Positions 1 through 8,753 of a DNA stretch of 64,000 nt are shown here, one piece after another. The notes beneath the pieces are model-generated. The model was not told the origin of the DNA and searched no databases. It saw nothing but the letters and a program-made list of their open reading frames with translations. The position numbers and the translations under genes were made by a program. Position 1 is the stretch's first letter; each line of letters opens with the position of its first letter. This DNA is from Patescibacteria group bacterium UBA926. GTDB lineage: Bacteria; Patescibacteriota; Doudnabacteria; UBA920. The stretch covers positions 20,187 to 84,186 of the forward strand of contig DBDS01000006.1 in NCBI GenBank assembly GCA_002293685.1, in the 5' to 3' direction.

Positions 1-48
1 TCTGTATATTCTAGTTTACAAACTTTGCATTGATATGTGTCCATAGCT

Positions 49-516
49 TTATTCTAAATTCCATTTAAATGATCTTTCGGAAATGCCACCTACGTCCTTA
101 ACCTTTAATTCAATAAACTTTGGCGACGGCTGAATCGCATTAAATGTTAGAGTGCCTTCGCGGTGATGGCCACCTGGGCCCGGTCCTTCCCAAGCCGTCG
201 GCTGAAAAGTATTACCTGAATCATCTACTAACACCACTGCTTTAGTAGGGTCTTGATCTAAATCTCCGGAGTGGGTCGTAAACGATACAGTAAATTTCCA
301 GATTGGTTCGGCCTTGCTTAATGTTACCGGAGTCGCCTTAACTACAACGGGTTGCTGCTCATCTGTCTGTGTTTCCCACTGCTTTTGATTCGTCATTTGC
401 TGTTGCTGTGTCTGTTGTCGATCATCATCTACCTGATCATCTTTGTACACTACAAAGTAGTAGTACATCAGGAATACAAACGCCAAACCTATAATTATTA
501 ATCGCCAATATTTCAT
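49..516 (-). CDS. Hypothetical membrane-anchored secreted protein (N-terminal TM, His-rich GPGPGGHH motif); possible metal-binding partner, last gene of the metal operon
   Basis: N-terminal hydrophobic anchor; Gln/Asp-rich linker; C-terminal beta-rich domain with HSGD and GGHH motifs. 4-nt overlap with the upstream ORF suggests cotranscription in the csoR-led minus-strand operon. Confidence 0.45.
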   Translation of the reverse strand: MKYWRLIIIGLAFVFLMYYYFVVYKDDQVDDDRQQTQQQQMTNQKQWETQTDEQQPVVVKATPVTLSKAEPIWKFTVSFTTHSGDLDQDPTKAVVLVDDSGNTFQPTAWEGPGPGGHHREGTLTFNAIQPSPKFIELKVKDVGGISERSFKWNLE

Positions 517-953
517 ACGTGTGTTACTTTCCTAATTTTGTTAATCATGAAGATGATACCCGCAATATTAAATATTAGTCCTATCCAGAAGAATTGCGTC
601 TGGTATTGAGCGACAAAAGTAACTAGTCCAACAGTTCCAAGAATAGGTAAGATGTTTGTTAGATAGTGAGCGCAGCAAGATATCATAGCAGCGGTTGATG
701 TAGCACCCGTGACACCGAGCACTTTACCAGAACCTTGCCCATTAGCTATTAATTGCTTTAAATGAGTGTATAAGCTAATTTGAATACCGAATCCAATCGC
801 TAGGCTAATAACGAAATACCAATACTGTGCAAATTGATCTTTGGCAAATGGCCAGTCAGAGATAAGCCCTACAACGACAAAGTAGATAACTAGCATTATT
901 ATGCTCGCTAATAGTCCGTATAAGATTGATTTTTTTATACTCAGGTTAGTCAT
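513..953 (-). CDS. Polytopic membrane protein with an SCCAH motif, possibly metal-transport associated
   Basis: About 4 predicted TM helices. Conserved Cys-Cys-x-His motif. Tightly packed within the metal-homeostasis operon. Confidence 0.45.
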   Translation of the reverse strand: MTNLSIKKSILYGLLASIIMLVIYFVVVGLISDWPFAKDQFAQYWYFVISLAIGFGIQISLYTHLKQLIANGQGSGKVLGVTGATSTAAMISCCAHYLTNILPILGTVGLVTFVAQYQTQFFWIGLIFNIAGIIFMINKIRKVTHV

Positions 954-956
954 AAG

Positions 957-1142
957 TTAAATGTAAGCGCTTGGGTCTTCTTCAAATTGCCACTTGCAAT
1001 GGTCAGAGCAGAACTTGTAGGTTATTCCATCATGATCGTACGTAATATTATCAGTAGGTTTCATCCTACATACTGGATCTTTAGATGGTTTACCACTTTT
1101 TTCTTTAGGGTATTTTTTAAAGAATGAATTTAATATACTCAT
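957..1142 (-). CDS. YHS/TRASH-domain metal-binding protein
   Basis: DPVCRMKP...YKFCSDHCKWQFEEDP matches the YHS-domain Cys pattern (CxM...FCSxxC). 61 aa, as is typical for this family. Confidence 0.7.
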   Translation of the reverse strand: MSILNSFFKKYPKEKSGKPSKDPVCRMKPTDNITYDHDGITYKFCSDHCKWQFEEDPSAYI

Positions 1143-1154
1143 AACATGTTTTGT

Positions 1155-1403
1155 TTAATGATTATGGATATTTGATTTTCCATCAGGTTGAACTTTTTCA
1201 GTATCATCTTCCGGTTTATCACGGCCATGACCGAACATCATCAGGATATGAACCAGGACAAAGGCACCGATAAGTGCAAACCATCCCCAGCTTGAGACAA
1301 TATTACCAATTCTTCCTCCAAATAATAGGAGCGCAATCGGCAACAACAAGCAGCCAGCCATCATCATCCACATCATTTTCGAATTATGATTAGAATTATG
1401 CAT
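1155..1403 (-). CDS. DUF2933-like small membrane protein (often linked to copper ATPase loci)
   Basis: Met/His-rich N-terminus, two TM helices, charged C-terminal tail. Family assignment is by pattern recall only. Confidence 0.4.
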   Translation of the reverse strand: MHNSNHNSKMMWMMMAGCLLLPIALLLFGGRIGNIVSSWGWFALIGAFVLVHILMMFGHGRDKPEDDTEKVQPDGKSNIHNH

Positions 1404-1436
1404 GACGTGCCTTTCTTTATTAATAATTAAACTAAA

Positions 1437-1706
1437 TTAGGATCGCTCTATGATACTGGAATTATGCATCCAGACCATATAGGCTCCAAAGATCCATGAA
1501 AGCAGTGCTATCAATATTGCACCCCAAATGTAACTACCCAAACTTCCCCATGTGAACCAAGGCAAAGTCTCAAATAGGGTATGGTGTAGCTTAACTCCTT
1601 GCTCACTTCGGAGCGGTAAGTAACCACCTATTAAACAGAGCACATAAACTATTTCTGCACCGAGTATGCATTTTAGTGTATAGAGTCTTAAAGATAATTT
1701 TCCCAT
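1437..1706 (-). CDS. Small integral membrane protein
   Basis: Hydrophobic 89-aa ORF in an operonic position. Confidence 0.4.
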   Translation of the reverse strand: MGKLSLRLYTLKCILGAEIVYVLCLIGGYLPLRSEQGVKLHHTLFETLPWFTWGSLGSYIWGAILIALLSWIFGAYMVWMHNSSIIERS

Positions 1707-1724
1707 ACATTTAGAATTAGTTGA

Positions 1725-1946
1725 TTAAACAATCTCTCCACGTTTTTCGAGCATCATGTGGTGAATTGTTGCTAGTTGAAGCCATGTAGCTATGAGAATG
1801 AGTATTCCAGCACAGAGCAAGGCATCTATTTTTGTAACTCCCGCTACCAGATTGTCACCACCACCCAGGAGCGCACCAATAAATGTTATGACTCCTGCAA
1901 ACCCTACTATAACGCTTGTCACATGCATTAATTTTGAGAATTTCAT
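1725..1946 (-). CDS. Small integral membrane protein
   Basis: 73 aa with two TM helices, in an operonic position. Confidence 0.4.
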   Translation of the reverse strand: MKFSKLMHVTSVIVGFAGVITFIGALLGGGDNLVAGVTKIDALLCAGILILIATWLQLATIHHMMLEKRGEIV

Positions 1947-1963
1947 ATTTTTAAATTAATTGA

Positions 1964-2194
1964 TTAATTTTTGATCTCTTTTTCTGGAACGAGATTCATT
2001 CCGCATTCAGGGCAACTTCCAGCTTCGTCCTGTTTTATATTTGGATGCATCTCACAGGTGTAAGTAGTAGCAACGGATGATGTGTGATGATGAGCATCAT
2101 CACCTCCGCAACACCCATGAGAGGTTATATCTTTAGTCTCACAACATCCATGCGTGCAAGTACCATTTTGTGTGTGATTTATAGCGTGATTCAT
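1964..2194 (-). CDS. Heavy-metal-binding domain (HMBD) protein with a Cys/His-rich N-terminus
   Basis: The C-terminal YTCEMHPNI...AGSCPECGMNLVP matches the HMBD motif (YTCPMHPEI...PGxCPKCGM) found at N-termini of CusB and Cu-ATPases. The N-terminus is rich in HGCC and HHH. Confidence 0.7.
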   Translation of the reverse strand: MNHAINHTQNGTCTHGCCETKDITSHGCCGGDDAHHHTSSVATTYTCEMHPNIKQDEAGSCPECGMNLVPEKEIKN

Positions 2195-2199
2195 ATATT

Positions 2200-2481
2200 T
2201 TATTTATTTGATAAGGTATAAACTTTAATTAATTCCTTTATGGCCTTTTCGTCTTCACCCTTAGTTTGCATTTGGTGCTTAACATGGGTGCGAAGATGAT
2301 TTTCCAATAAGAACGTATCTAAGCTTTTGAGCGACCTTTGGATGGAGAGAGAGTCTTCTAGTAAGACAGGGCAATACTCTTCATTCTCAATAGCTTTGAT
2401 TAATCCCTCAGCTTGTCCTCTGATTATTTTGGCTCGATGAACTGCTCTTTTCTTAAGATTCTGATCTAGTGTGTGTTTCAT
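2200..2481 (-). CDS. csoR: CsoR/RcnR-family metal-sensing transcriptional repressor
   Basis: About 93 aa all-helical DUF156 pattern: RIxGQxxGLxKxIEN, a conserved Cys in YCPVLL, and a His near the C-terminus (HxxxH). It is the first gene of the metal operon. Confidence 0.75.
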   Translation of the reverse strand: MKHTLDQNLKKRAVHRAKIIRGQAEGLIKAIENEEYCPVLLEDSLSIQRSLKSLDTFLLENHLRTHVKHQMQTKGEDEKAIKELIKVYTLSNK

Positions 2482-2507
2482 AGTTATCCACAGCTTAATT
2501 ATATAGT

Positions 2508-2526
2508 CTATACCCCCATACCCTAT
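2508..2526 (-). promoter_or_regulatory. Candidate CsoR operator/promoter (C-tract ATACCCCCATACCCTAT) immediately upstream of csoR
   Basis: GGGTAT/ATACCC-type G/C tracts resemble known CsoR operators. Located about 30 bp upstream of the csoR start. Confidence 0.3.
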
Positions 2527-2594
2527 TTATACTACTATCTCCAAGAGGTGTCAAGTTAATGAAAAGGGTTATATAAATTAAGTAATTTTTCAAA

Positions 2595-2621
2595 TAAAAA
2601 ACCGGCCAAGACCGGTTTTTA
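2595..2621. terminator. Bidirectional rho-independent terminator (A-run, ACCGG-CCAAGA-CCGGT, T-run)
   Basis: Stem-loop flanked by A and T runs, directly after the stop of the 2625-3281 minus-strand gene. Confidence 0.6.
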
Positions 2622-2624
2622 GTA

Positions 2625-3281
2625 TTAAATTCCTAAATCTATAAATTGTGGGTGTATCACGCCAACTCTGGCTTTTAATCCAGTAGTTCCTGCTGGTACT
2701 TCGTAGATCACTACAAACGTTTTTGGAAGATTGGGCTGCAAGTTAGATAGCAAGAATAGGTCTGCACCTTCTGGTACCCATTCACTAACATCACTTGAGC
2801 TGGTGAACTCGCGATTTTGACTATCAACTAAAGTAGGGGTAGTGATGCTCGCTAAATCTTTACCTCGGTTCTCTATTGAGATTGTGAGTTGGATAAACTT
2901 ACCAGTAGAGGTTTTAGTCTTGGCGATTGTAGGATACCGAGAATCTTTGGCAAGCAAACTAGTTCCTCGATCTTTCACTTCATCAATTTGCCATACTACA
3001 TCTCCTGAGGGTACGACTTGTTTCACTGCGTAGACAGTGTCTTTTGTACTCCCGTTTTCAGAGCCATTGTTGTTACCGTCACCGCCATTGACGGCAATAA
3101 TTCCAATTAAAATAAAAAATCCAATAATTCCACCTAGAGTAGTTAGGACTTTATGACGCATGAACCAGTTACGCTGGTCAGTCTGACAATGGGGACACTT
3201 TTTTGCTTTGGCGTCTATTTCTTTTTGACACCCTTTGCATTTTTTCATAACGAGTTTTTTCTTTCCGCTAGCAGGTAACAT
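2625..3281 (-). CDS. Zinc-ribbon plus TM plus DUF4352-like extracellular domain protein
   Basis: N-terminal CxxC...CxxC zinc ribbon, one TM helix, a Gly/Asn linker and a beta-rich C-terminal domain resembling DUF4352 lipoprotein domains. The true start may be the internal MKKCKGC. Confidence 0.4.
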   Translation of the reverse strand: MLPASGKKKLVMKKCKGCQKEIDAKAKKCPHCQTDQRNWFMRHKVLTTLGGIIGFFILIGIIAVNGGDGNNNGSENGSTKDTVYAVKQVVPSGDVVWQIDEVKDRGTSLLAKDSRYPTIAKTKTSTGKFIQLTISIENRGKDLASITTPTLVDSQNREFTSSSDVSEWVPEGADLFLLSNLQPNLPKTFVVIYEVPAGTTGLKARVGVIHPQFIDLGI

Positions 3282-3333
3282 AAAGCCCCACGCCAGCTGG
3301 TCCTTACGGACCCATATCAGTTTCCCGATATGA

Positions 3334-3376
3334 CTCGTTAAAGTTGCTGAACGCAGGGTTCAATATCTTTAACGAG
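3334..3376. repeat. Perfect 10-bp inverted repeat (CTCGTTAAAG...CTTTAACGAG) with a 23-bp spacer, about 110 bp from the recombinase stop; candidate att/recombination site
   Basis: Seen directly in the sequence. Large serine recombinases act on roughly 40-50 bp imperfectly palindromic att sites. Confidence 0.3.
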
Positions 3377-3487
3377 TTTTGATTCACCATGCCAGCGTGA
3401 CCGCTGGTTTAGGCTACTTAGTTAATTGTTGAGGTAATTATACTATATTTACGTTATTTATCAATCAGCTAGCTAGGCTGAAAAAGC

Positions 3488-4825
3488 TTATGATTCCCTA
3501 CGTTCTGACTTAATTGAGACAACTTTGTCATTGAGTACAATTATGCCTTTTAAACAATTCAAGAATTCCCGTTTTTCTATATCGGATCCTTCTTGGAGTA
3601 TAAACTTGGCATAGTTCCTGATATCAATGTCTTGAACAACGATAGGAGTTTTAGTACCCAAAATTATCTGTTGAAACTTTTTATACCGCTTCACTTCTTG
3701 GCTAATTTTATCTTTTATCGGAATTAATTTAATATCTAATTTTTCGACCAAAGTTTGTAGTTGTTCTATCAGCTCAACTTCATTGATGTAGCCGGATTTA
3801 CAGTTAGCATCTCGGGATTTAGTACAACCATAGTAGACATGCCTATTAACAGAACCGTCTTTCAGTTTCTTAAACTTTTCATCGGCAGATATGCCTGAGC
3901 CGCAAAGACCGCAAGCCATCAGTTTGGTAAAGGCAAACTCTTTTGATTCTTGGCTTCTTAGTACCTGGCTTTTCATTTGAGCTTGTACTTCATCAAATAA
4001 CTCTTTGGTAATAATAGGTGTGTGTTTTCCAGTATACCAATTGCCGCTCTTTTTAGGATATTCAAAAACCCCATAATAGAATGGGGTTTGAAGTATCATA
4101 TAGACATTACTTAGTGTTAGATTTTTTTGACCGTAAGCGGTTTTGAAATTCAGATCAAATTTTAACCAATTGTATATTTTTCTACCGCTCCATTTTTCGT
4201 AAGCTACCTTTTCAAACATCTGCTTTATAATCGGCGCTCTATCAGGATCAACTAAGGTTTCGCATTTCCGATCCATCCGTTTTTCTTTTAAGTAACCAGT
4301 CGGAGCAGGTTCTGGCCATAATCCCATTTCTACTCTGGTTTTCAGTCCACGTTTTACATTGATACTTTTATTATCGTTTTCAAGTTTTGCCTGAGAACAG
4401 AGAATCATCAAGAGAAATTTTTCGTTCGGCGAATTTTTAAAATGCTGTCCGTATGTTCTAATTTCCAATAACTTTTTCTCGTCCATTAGATCCACTACTG
4501 ATCCAAGGTCACCCGCATTTCTACTCAACCGATCAGGTGCCCAGGTTAATATGCCGGTATACCTTCCAGATCTAACATCAGCCAAGATTTCTTTAAAAAC
4601 TGGCCTTTGGCCTGATTCTTTAGCTGAGTGAGATTCTCGCCTGATATCGACTATATCCAGATTCTCCTTATCAGCTATGGCTAGCATTTCCTTAACCTGG
4701 GAATCTATGGATAAGGCTTGCCGTTCGTCTGATTCGGTAGACTTCCGGGCGTATAGGCAATACTTAATCCGAGCAACCGGGGCAAGGGTTTCGGTGCTAA
4801 ATTGAGCTGTTTTATAGGTATCCAT
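3488..4825 (-). CDS. Large serine recombinase (phage integrase type)
   Basis: N-terminal resolvase catalytic domain (YARKSTESDE...SIDSQ, LDRLSR), central recombinase domain, and a C-terminal zinc ribbon (CGLCG...CTKSRDANC). Confidence 0.85.
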   Translation of the reverse strand: MDTYKTAQFSTETLAPVARIKYCLYARKSTESDERQALSIDSQVKEMLAIADKENLDIVDIRRESHSAKESGQRPVFKEILADVRSGRYTGILTWAPDRLSRNAGDLGSVVDLMDEKKLLEIRTYGQHFKNSPNEKFLLMILCSQAKLENDNKSINVKRGLKTRVEMGLWPEPAPTGYLKEKRMDRKCETLVDPDRAPIIKQMFEKVAYEKWSGRKIYNWLKFDLNFKTAYGQKNLTLSNVYMILQTPFYYGVFEYPKKSGNWYTGKHTPIITKELFDEVQAQMKSQVLRSQESKEFAFTKLMACGLCGSGISADEKFKKLKDGSVNRHVYYGCTKSRDANCKSGYINEVELIEQLQTLVEKLDIKLIPIKDKISQEVKRYKKFQQIILGTKTPIVVQDIDIRNYAKFILQEGSDIEKREFLNCLKGIIVLNDKVVSIKSERRES

Positions 4826-4905
4826 ATATAATTAATGCCAGAGATCATTAAGTTTGCTAAGGCCTCTTGTTGATAACTTTTTTAGCTAAAATTTAGCTAT
4901 TTCAG

Positions 4906-6477
4906 CTATTCCACATCAACGTAATCCCGATAGTAAAGCACATCATCATCACTGGGGATACCGCCGACCCACATCATGATTATGGTGCCATCGTCTGCGT
5001 GTTTCTCAAGTGTAGCGTTAATAAGAAGTGAAAAGGCGTCTGCAAGATCATCATGTTTTTCAACTCCAAAGCCTACAAGCTGCTCAATTAGCTTTTCACA
5101 GCCTTGCCGTGGAAACTTAATCAGACCAGACTTGATCGACATCGATGTAAGCGAAAGTCGGGTTCGCTTATCGCCCTTAGGCTTAATGGCTTCTGCTTCA
5201 ACTCCATGAAATTCCAGCATCTGGGGAAGTGCTTCTTGATAAGCTACGCTTTCAACAAATAACGTATCCTGCGAACCTTTCATCACAGTGCTTTTAACAT
5301 TTTTCATCAGATCGACCTGAGCCGGAAAGTTCAGCTTTTGCATTATGGGATTTGGCAGAATGTATATGCGTAACTTGTCACACCTGCTGTATACATGGGC
5401 AAAAACAACTGCTGTGAAATCAGCGGTGTCTTTTGAAGATATGGCAAGGTCAACTCCGGCGTATGTGCCCCGGTACCCTCTATGTTTGTCTCCCGGTAGC
5501 TCGTCATAGTATTGAATCCATTCGGGATATATTACTTGATCATCGCTTGGAATAATTCGAAGCAAATATTCTCGCTGCCACGATATTTCACTGGCAATTT
5601 TTAGTTTTTCTTCTTCAATTTCTTTAACAGTGGGGTACTTTCCCGGCCACAAGCAGTTGTCCTGCTCATCAAGTAATGGATATTGTTTGAACACACCAGA
5701 GGTCCGACTTTGGTTCACTTCTTCCTTAATCCGCATCAGTAGCGAGTCTTCGTGCAGCAGATTACCAACTATTATTAGTCTGCTAGTTCGATCACCGGCA
5801 GGCAAAACTTCGCCACGGAGCCAGTGATAAGTTTTTTCACGTCCTTCCCGGGTCTTAGTGGATTGTACATCTTCAACGTCATCACAAATAATGAGGTCAG
5901 GACGGTATTCATTATGGCGAAGTCCACGAATACTTTGGTCGGTAGAGGCAACTGTGATTCGCGCGCCGTGCTTGCTGAATACCAAAGAGTGCGAGCCCCA
6001 TTCATCACTTTCTTCTTGAAATGGTCCTAAATCGCGTTTGAGTAAGTCATTATCTTCCAGCTCGTTTCGAATGTTCATCATGTGCTGCTTGGCTTGGGCT
6101 TTAGTTTGGCAGAAAATTATGCAAAACTTTTTTTGCTGCTTCCCAAGTATCGACCAAATCGGATAGGCGGTGGTGACCATGGTTGACTTACCAGAGCCAC
6201 GGAATGCCACGATATACAGATTTTCGGTCGGACTTTTTTCGAGGTTGTGAATAATTTCCTTTTGGAAGTCCGCAGTTTCGTACTTCACATAATGGGCGTA
6301 GTAGAAGTGAAAGAAATACAAGAAACTGTCTTTTGTAATGGAAGTTCGCACTAAGCGATCCTTCATCATCCGGTTGACCAACTGGTCGTCAATTATTTTC
6401 ATCGGTTTTCCTTTCGTTAATTTTCTTAATGGACCTGGACTTTGTAATTGCCGCAAGTCGCAGGGCTTGGCGTACAA
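4906..6477 (-). CDS. Phage terminase large subunit (PBSX/XtmB-like)
   Basis: Walker A motif FRGSGKST, then an RNaseH-like nuclease C-terminal domain (AGVDLAIS...DFTAVV). The likely true start is the internal MKIIDD (about 6402), which would give only a short overlap with the upstream HTH gene. Confidence 0.6.
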   Translation of the reverse strand: MYAKPCDLRQLQSPGPLRKLTKGKPMKIIDDQLVNRMMKDRLVRTSITKDSFLYFFHFYYAHYVKYETADFQKEIIHNLEKSPTENLYIVAFRGSGKSTMVTTAYPIWSILGKQQKKFCIIFCQTKAQAKQHMMNIRNELEDNDLLKRDLGPFQEESDEWGSHSLVFSKHGARITVASTDQSIRGLRHNEYRPDLIICDDVEDVQSTKTREGREKTYHWLRGEVLPAGDRTSRLIIVGNLLHEDSLLMRIKEEVNQSRTSGVFKQYPLLDEQDNCLWPGKYPTVKEIEEEKLKIASEISWQREYLLRIIPSDDQVIYPEWIQYYDELPGDKHRGYRGTYAGVDLAISSKDTADFTAVVFAHVYSRCDKLRIYILPNPIMQKLNFPAQVDLMKNVKSTVMKGSQDTLFVESVAYQEALPQMLEFHGVEAEAIKPKGDKRTRLSLTSMSIKSGLIKFPRQGCEKLIEQLVGFGVEKHDDLADAFSLLINATLEKHADDGTIIMMWVGGIPSDDDVLYYRDYVDVE

Positions 6478-6850
6478 TTTTCGCTTGGGACGGCGTAAGA
6501 GCTTCGGATTCTTCTTTTGTAGTTACTTCAATCTTGTCTTTGTAATTGTCGTTTCGATGGCGCAGCCAGAAGCTAATCGCTGACCAGTTTTTTTCCTTGA
6601 TCAGAGTTAATAATTGGCTTTCGCTCATGTCATTAACCAAAGCGACACCTTCGGCTAAAGCCTTGTCCATTTTGCTTGCAAAAGTCTTATCTTCCTTGCG
6701 CCACCTGTACACGCTGTTTCTTGATATGCCTGTTTTTTCACAGGCGACTTGAACAATTGGCACTTTAGCCAATTCCTCAAAAAATTGGTTTTGCAGTTTA
6801 CTTTTCTTCATGGTGTTCGACTTTAGCCTTGATTCCGGTAAAGGACTCAA
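6389..6850 (-). CDS. HTH-domain protein, possible terminase small subunit
   Basis: HTH motif CEKTGISRNSVYRWRK near the N-terminus. Position immediately upstream of terL. Start probably at MKKSKL. Confidence 0.4.
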   Translation of the reverse strand: MSPLPESRLKSNTMKKSKLQNQFFEELAKVPIVQVACEKTGISRNSVYRWRKEDKTFASKMDKALAEGVALVNDMSESQLLTLIKEKNWSAISFWLRHRNDNYKDKIEVTTKEESEALTPSQAKIVRQALRLAAITKSRSIKKINERKTDENN

Positions 6851-8081
6851 AGCGTTTAATGATTAAGTCACAAAATTTCGGCTCGAGTTCACAGCCGTAC
6901 ACCTTTCGACCAAGCTGGTGTCCAGCCAAAAGTGTACTTCCAGAGCCTAGAAAGCTGTCCAAAATAATTTCACCGGGCATAGTGCAACGCTTTATCGCTT
7001 TCTCGTGGAGCGTTACAGGCTTAGACGTGGCATGTTCGTACTCCTTGGAGGGAAGCCGTTTTGCCGTCCAGACATCGATAAATTCGTTCACCTGTGCCAT
7101 TAGTTCGTTTCCGGTACCCATTTCCTTATTCATGACCTCGTTTAAGTCGGTTACAGCTTCGGCAAGGTATGGTTTGCCACGAACACCGTAAACCGCAGGT
7201 TCATAGACCTTATTGAAGGCAACCTTGGGTACTGGATTTTGGTTATTCTTGAGCCACAGGCAAACACGCTTGTTGCTTACGCCAAGCGATCGATAGATAT
7301 CTTGAATTACACCAATATAGATCTGGTCGCAGTAGTAGAACACATGCGTACTTGGGTGTGACACTTCCAAGGCGGCTTTTAAGCTGTCATGGATAAAGTT
7401 TCGATATTCTTCGAATGTGCGTTTATCATTCACATTACCGCCATAGTCCTGTTTGCCACCAATACCGCCGTCATAATCAATTTCTAGGTTATATACGGGA
7501 TCAGAATAAATCATTGACACTCGTTCCGATCCAAGCAGACGGTTAAGCGTTTCTTGCTTGGTGGAATCGCCACAGATAACTTTGTGGTTGCCAAGCGTGA
7601 TAATGTCGCCGAGTTTAGTTTTAGGCGTTTTGATTTTCTTTATCTCTTTGTCTACGTCGAACTGATCCGGTTTAACCTCAACTTCTTCGTCCCAGAATTT
7701 AGCGAGCTGAATTTGGTCAAAGCCGGAATCGAGCAATATATTCAGATCAAAGGATTTTAATGCTTCAAAATCCCAGTTACCGCCCAAGGCATTACTGGAG
7801 ATTAAATATTGCTTGGCTTCATCGTCGGTTAGCTTTCGGTTCGGTACCCGCACATCGATCAGCTCATTGCCACGGCCGAGGAGTTGTAGGGCTTTGATTC
7901 GCTGGTGGCCAGCTAAGATTTTTCCATTCAAATCGATTGCCGGAATTTCCACGATATTAAATTTCTTCAAGCTACGCTTGAGGTCCGACATCTGTTTGTC
8001 GGTGATAATTCGAGGGTTTACCTCTTGGGGGATCAGGTCATTGATCCGTTTTTGCACAGTGTGCCATTGTAGTTTTTGCAT
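6798..8081 (-). CDS. ParB-like nuclease N-terminal domain fused to a beta-class N6-adenine/N4-cytosine DNA methyltransferase
   Basis: ParBc motif (IPAIDLNG...GHQRIKA). MTase motif IV SDPVYN (DPPY-like) precedes motif I (ILDSFLGSGST), which is the beta-class order. Confidence 0.8.
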   Translation of the reverse strand: MQKLQWHTVQKRINDLIPQEVNPRIITDKQMSDLKRSLKKFNIVEIPAIDLNGKILAGHQRIKALQLLGRGNELIDVRVPNRKLTDDEAKQYLISSNALGGNWDFEALKSFDLNILLDSGFDQIQLAKFWDEEVEVKPDQFDVDKEIKKIKTPKTKLGDIITLGNHKVICGDSTKQETLNRLLGSERVSMIYSDPVYNLEIDYDGGIGGKQDYGGNVNDKRTFEEYRNFIHDSLKAALEVSHPSTHVFYYCDQIYIGVIQDIYRSLGVSNKRVCLWLKNNQNPVPKVAFNKVYEPAVYGVRGKPYLAEAVTDLNEVMNKEMGTGNELMAQVNEFIDVWTAKRLPSKEYEHATSKPVTLHEKAIKRCTMPGEIILDSFLGSGSTLLAGHQLGRKVYGCELEPKFCDLIIKRFESFTGIKAKVEHHEEK

Positions 8082-8249
8082 ACATTTATTGCTTAATTGT
8101 TTAAAATGTATGGATAAACAAAAAGCCTATTCCACACACGAAATAGCTGAAGTTAAAAACTTCGCACTATTTCTTGCGCGGAATAGGCATGGCTTTTGAG
8201 GCGATACGCTATTCTACTTTTTACTACGCAGAAATTTTACACTTAAATT

Positions 8250-8666
8250 TTAACTCTCTGGATTGTTTTTTGCAATCCCACGCAGAATTCTTTTGCCGTT
8301 GACGCTTGCTAGAAACTCAATCGTGTCCTTGCCAGCCAGTATCGGGATTTGGTGTGGAAGCTCCAATAGAACCTTGTAGCCGTTCTTTTCTTCTTCCATG
8401 ACCATTTTCACGAATTCTGGATCTTTCTTCATCATGTCTATCAGTACTGTCTTGCTTTCGGGGGAGGAGGTAGTAGGCTCGGCATAGCTGATTGAGCCAA
8501 AAATGCGACCCGGCTTCATGGATTTGAAGGCCTGTCTTACTTTCTTGCCTATGGACAAGGTAGGCTGTTTATGGGAAGTATGCAGTGTTATATCAGTTAT
8601 CCGGATTGTCTTGTATCTCTGGCCTTGCCTAGGCACGAATGGATTTAGTCGTAATTCGTACTCCAT
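8250..8666 (-). CDS. Hypothetical phage protein, first gene of the leftward (cro-side) transcript
   Basis: ORF divergent from the cI-like repressor across an 87-bp switch-like intergenic region. Confidence 0.4.
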   Translation of the reverse strand: MEYELRLNPFVPRQGQRYKTIRITDITLHTSHKQPTLSIGKKVRQAFKSMKPGRIFGSISYAEPTTSSPESKTVLIDMMKKDPEFVKMVMEEEKNGYKVLLELPHQIPILAGKDTIEFLASVNGKRILRGIAKNNPES

Positions 8667-8753
8667 ATCTCGATTGTAGCATGCAGGTGTAAAATGTCAA
8701 ATAATTATACACTAGGGCTTGCAAAGCCCGGTTATTTATGCTAAGTTGGATTT

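Noticed and set aside
2842-3033. Antisense or overlapping short ORFs throughout the track (for example 2842-3033, 4976-5209, 5630-6030, 9057-9603, 10367-10691)
   Set aside because: They lie inside and antisense to longer, domain-supported CDSs.
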